In this document: positions 59,814 to 64,000 of the stretch, piece by piece
Layout of the letters: each line of letters opens with the position of its first letter
How positions within the stretch are numbered: the first letter of the stretch is position 1
Source of the DNA: Cyanophora paradoxa CCMP329
Taxonomy: Eukaryota > Plantae > Glaucophyta
Assembly: GCA_004431415.1 (NCBI GenBank)
Contig: QPMI01000200.1
Span: 1 to 64,000, forward strand
Direction of reading: 5' to 3'
DNA length: 64,000 nucleotides
Position numbers and translations under genes: made by a program
Notes under the pieces: generated by a model
What the model was told of the DNA's origin: nothing
Databases searched by the model: none
What the model saw: the letters and a program-made list of their open reading frames with translations, nothing else

Positions 59814-62800
59814 CTACGATCTACTGTTATGTGGAGAGGGGGATGGGCCACGGGCACTTGCGACTCGCCCGAGCTTATTTTGGATGCGGGAGATGTATTT
59901 CTGTACGACTGGATCGTCCATCGCAGACATCCCTTCGATCACTTGCCGGAAGCCATTCTGCATTCCACATTTGAGCGAATTGTCAGCTAATGAAAGCACG
60001 ATGAAATGCACCGCCAAGAGGAAATCACGGCATTCATCGTAAGCACAGAAGTTTCCCAAAGAAAAGAGGGCGATTTTCTTTGGGGATCCATCGTCCTGGA
60101 GGTGAAGCGTAAGCCATGAGATGGTATGAAGGGGTGTGACAGCGTGCCTGAAGTGTGTGCATGAGCTGCATCACAGCCCCAGAGCGTAGGAGATCTCCAC
60201 ACAAGGCCGAAGAGTTCCTCACAAGATTCCCGAGGGCACCAGCTGCATTGGCTCGAGTCTTCTCCTCAGAATCCTGGCAAGAGACACATTAGTCCATCGA
60301 TTTGAATCAAGCGAGGATTGTGCAGCTATTGCTAAGCACCTTGAGGAGAATAACAAGGGCAGGAATGCAGGGGCGCAGTGCATCGTACAGGCTGTCATTG
60401 TGAAAGCCGGCATTGCCTGCAAAGAGCTCACGGCGATGACAGGCCGAGCGACCATTGAAGTGCACCGATTGCAAAAGATGCAAACTTTCGAGTGGAGCGG
60501 TCAGGATCCTGACACCTCTCGATGAGGTCGGAGAGAAGGTTGTGCCTGCCAGGGATCATGTGCATGGCGAAGATTACTGCAGAAGAAAACCAAGCAGACC
60601 TCAAAAGAGCATCATAGAAGAAGGCAGAGTGCCGGCAAAGATTGCCCAAGAGGTTGCAAACCTGCAGTGCAGGTCTCAACAACAAGCAGCTACAAAAAGA
60701 AATCCCCCAAATTTGGAACCTTAGCGCGGACTCCTGGGTCGCTGTGATTCAGCAACCGACCAAATGCCTGGTAGAGCTCCGCCCTGCAAACACTGCCAGT
60801 TCGCAACAGAGCACAGACAAGGGGAATACACATCATACTTGTGAATAGGCTCATAATGTTCTTTGGAGATTCGGGCAAGCTGCCAGCAGTCAGTGGAGCT
60901 CAAGCAAAACATATCAGCAGGCGCACCTGGGAAATGATCAACAGAGTATCCACAATTAAACTTGGTGAGCGTGCCGTGTCTAAGAGAGGCCCAAGGATCC
61001 GTCCAGAAATGCCTCCAGCTTGCGAGAATTGGACAGCGAACTGGTTTCCGCCCAGCACAAGCCGCGACAGCAGACCTAGCGGGATTCGCATTAGAAAGGC
61101 CCAACTTCTTATGAAGGTCGCTGCACACCAACGGGCAGATCGGCGTATTCAACGGGAATAAGGGGAAGAGCTGCAACCAGGTGCTGCACAAGCTGCTGTG
61201 CATACATCTCCTGCAGGGATTCCGTGAGAGGTGTTCACAAGTTCAGGAGAAGTGAAATGAATAAGAGGGCATGCCTGCTGCACGGTTGCAAAGAGCTGCT
61301 CCTCAACAGCATTTGCGAGAGGAACGTAGAGGACGCTAACAGCTTGTTGCAAGAGCTGCACTGCAGCTCCTCGGCCATGTGCCGAGGTTCGCCACTGCAG
61401 TATGCGCCTAAGCCGAGCTTCTCTCAAAAGAGCAACCAGAGAGCGGAGAAGGTCGTCCCGCAGGAGGAGTTGGACGGCCCCGGGGATCGGCTGCAAACTC
61501 GTTCAAATTCGAGCCATTCGGGTGCACGAACTGGCGCACCCTGGACACAACATCATACACCGTCTTGACAGCTGTAAGGAGCCCCGAGGGAGAAATTTCA
61601 GATGCGGGGCCGAGTGCCTTGAGCTCCCCTGTGAAAGCATTCAGAGATGCTTGGCCCATGGAGTTCATGAGGTACGAAGGCGCACTGCACAGAAGAGGCC
61701 AAAGGCCTGAATCAAGGATGCGCTCAACTGCAGTTGGCCCACCTCTCGAGATCAGGCGTTTCAGAAGGGCAAGTGGGCCGTCCAAGGCGCCAGTGAGAGG
61801 GTATCCGAAACAGGTGCCTTCCAGACGGGTCATGAGCTGAAGAGGGGATTGTCCAGAGGAATTTCGCAGCGAGAAGAGATCACGAAGAGCAGACAGAAAG
61901 CGGGATTCGATGAGCAATGGCGTAAGAGGGGGCAAAGAGGAATTTGCTTCCGCAGCTTCAACAAGGTGGGTGAGAAGAGCGCAAGCAGCTGCGGCAGGGA
62001 GAAGATGGAATGGGGACTGAGGTGATCGAGCTGAAGGTGATGGGGAAATGACGTGGGCCACAATCCCTTCTGCAGAGGGCCCGAGAACAGGCGAAGATGA
62101 CAGCCGTGCTGCCAGGCCAGGGACCCCCTGACAAGCTGCGGCAAGAACGAGCATTGCACATGCTTGAGATTGTGGTCCCTCTGCATCTGATGGCCGTGCA
62201 GCAATTGCGGCAAGGGTGTCAACTGATGAACCACTCGCAGCAAGCTCCTCCGCGCATCTTGCTGATGCTCGACAAACATGTAGCAGCACCTACGCAAGCA
62301 TCGATACTGGCCTCGCCGAGACGATAGGGAATCCAATCGTGGTTGCACCTGTACGGCTGCAAGGCGGGCCTCTGAGCGAACAAGCTCACAGACTCGTTGG
62401 AGAGCACTGCGCTGCAACAGCTCGTCCGCAACAGCAGATCCAACCTGTAGCCGGATGTTCATTAGGAGACGATCCTTTGGGGCGAACAGATAACGTACAA
62501 CCACATCAAGGGCACGGTCTTGGAGTTCAACTGAAGGCGGAAGAGATGGCCGGGCTGTCTCAGATCCTCCATTCGCCGTGGCTGGGTCATCACGAGGTGG
62601 ATAGGGGAACGGCAGGACATCAACAACAGCACGTGGATTCGCGCCGTTGGCAGGCGGGGTCTGAAGGAGGTGTGCTAACGCCTTGAGAGCAGCAATCGCA
62701 ACGCGATCAGGCTGTTGAAGGCAAGCAACCAGCGTAGATGGTACGCGCACACTGTCTTTATGTCAGTGCAGATTGATCAAGCGTGCTATGGCAAAACTTA

Positions 62801-64000
62801 CGTTGGGTCGACAAGCTGCAAGAAAAGGGGGCGGGACGAGAACACAGCACTGCCTGCCTGATGGAGCAATACCGAGACGCACTGCTTCTTGTTGTGAGAA
62901 ATGCAGTCATTGAGGGTCATGAAAGAATGCTAGGACGCACGGTGAGGGATTCTTCTTGCACAGCAAGTGTGGAATCATGTGGATAAACACAGAGGCGGTG
63001 AAGGAGAGGGAAGAATGCGTTGGCGTAGACTGCGGGAACCGGGGGTGCTCTGAACCCTCCATCGGAGGAGAACGATACCTCTGCCACAACGCCGACACAT
63101 CGTACTACCTCGCAAATGACGTCCGGAGATGCGGCATCCACTGGCACGTTGAGAGCAGCCTTGAGCAGGCATAACAGGAGTGAGGGCAAGTTCGGAGCGC
63201 TGGCAAGCACGTCGAGGGCAGGATCATCGGGAGGCTTGCCCAAGGCAAGCAGGTTCGTGACGAGGCGAAGCACAGAGCACAGGGAAGATTTGTACACCGA
63301 GCCTCCATTCCGCAATCCTTCAGGGGCACTCTACCGATCTGGTTAAACGAGCGCCACATGACTGCCTGCTGGCACGCACCGTGATAAACTCGATGATGCG
63401 CACGCCAAGAGCTCGATCTCTTCGAAGACGTGTGGATCCCGGCTCCTCTTGTGAAGTAATCTCAAATTCCGTCCATTTGTCCTCAGGAGCAGGCTGCGAG
63501 GGTTGCACCACAGCCATGCGTGATGGAGGACTCTGGGCTGGCTGTATTCACGGTGAGACACATGCCGACAGAATGATACGGCGTACATGTGGGAAAGGCG
63601 CACCCTAGAAGTGGCCTTCGATGCAGAGCCTGGTGCATCGCGCGGCGAACCTGAAGGCGCAGCACCCGCAGAGCCAGCACTCGTAGTGCTGACGGTGCGC
63701 GGAAGAGCAGACGACTTGACGCTGTGGGCTCCTGAAGGTGAGGGCGCTGGAGGTGGTGCTGTACCACCAAGGGCCGGAACTCCAGGGCGTCGAGCCACGG
63801 CAGCAGGAGCGGTTCGAGGTGCCTTCGCATCCGTTGCAGGCACCTGCGAGAAATCAGATTCAACAATAGCATAGGGAGACATGCGGCGCTCACAGCCTGG
63901 GGTCGCGCGGGAGAAGAGCGGGGTGCGGCTGATGCTGGTTGGGCGCTGGGAGATGCAGCCGCGGCTGTGGCTGGCTTCCGGACACCAGGGCGTGTGGAAC
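59814..64000 (-). CDS. STK36: Fused/STK36 (TIO-like) kinase, C-terminal ARM/HEAT region; 5' part lies outside the window
   Basis: VRAK.CNLLGNLCRHSAFFYDAL, DLIERCQDPDRSTRKFASFAIG, EEKTRANAAGALGNLVRNSSALC match the Fused-family C-terminal repeats. The kinase domain is not in the window. Confidence 0.82.

Overview
Left end of a eukaryotic chromosome. About 5.7 kb of (CCCTAA)n telomere is followed almost immediately by gene-dense, GC-rich DNA with many very short introns (mostly 40-80 bp). A nuclear psaL, plastid transit peptides with an early Phe (MAF.., MPSAF.., MHASF.., MAASF..) and TTAGGG telomeres point to a glaucophyte alga such as Cyanophora (inference). Sixteen protein genes are supported: plastid sigma factor, DHX40-like helicase, psaL, SAC1, tandem-USP membrane protein, plastid ClpP, mitochondrial RF1, a hypothetical gene, an RP2/TBCC-clathrin light chain fusion, an ankyrin protein, plastid IF2, eIF3c, MCM10, a kelch/coiled-coil protein, a RING-H2 E3 and an LMBR1-domain protein. 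The 3' part of STK36/Fused is also present. The unusual content is intergenic. (1) A stereotyped micro-insertion, XYZ -> XYZ-C-revcomp(XYZ)-G-XYZ (with 6-bp and 5-bp variants), can be shown against uninterrupted donor copies, and in one duplicate it outnumbers substitutions. It looks like hairpin-type excision scars and explains the palindromic hexamer microsatellites. (2) Two non-coding repeat families (A and B) have fixed ends that sit just behind stop codons. (3) A patchwork of 60-420 bp gene fragments has donors all inside this window. Two fragments lack an intron, and two now supply the stop codons of SAC1 and the ankyrin gene. Exon structures were inferred by eye, so CDS coordinates are gene spans including introns.
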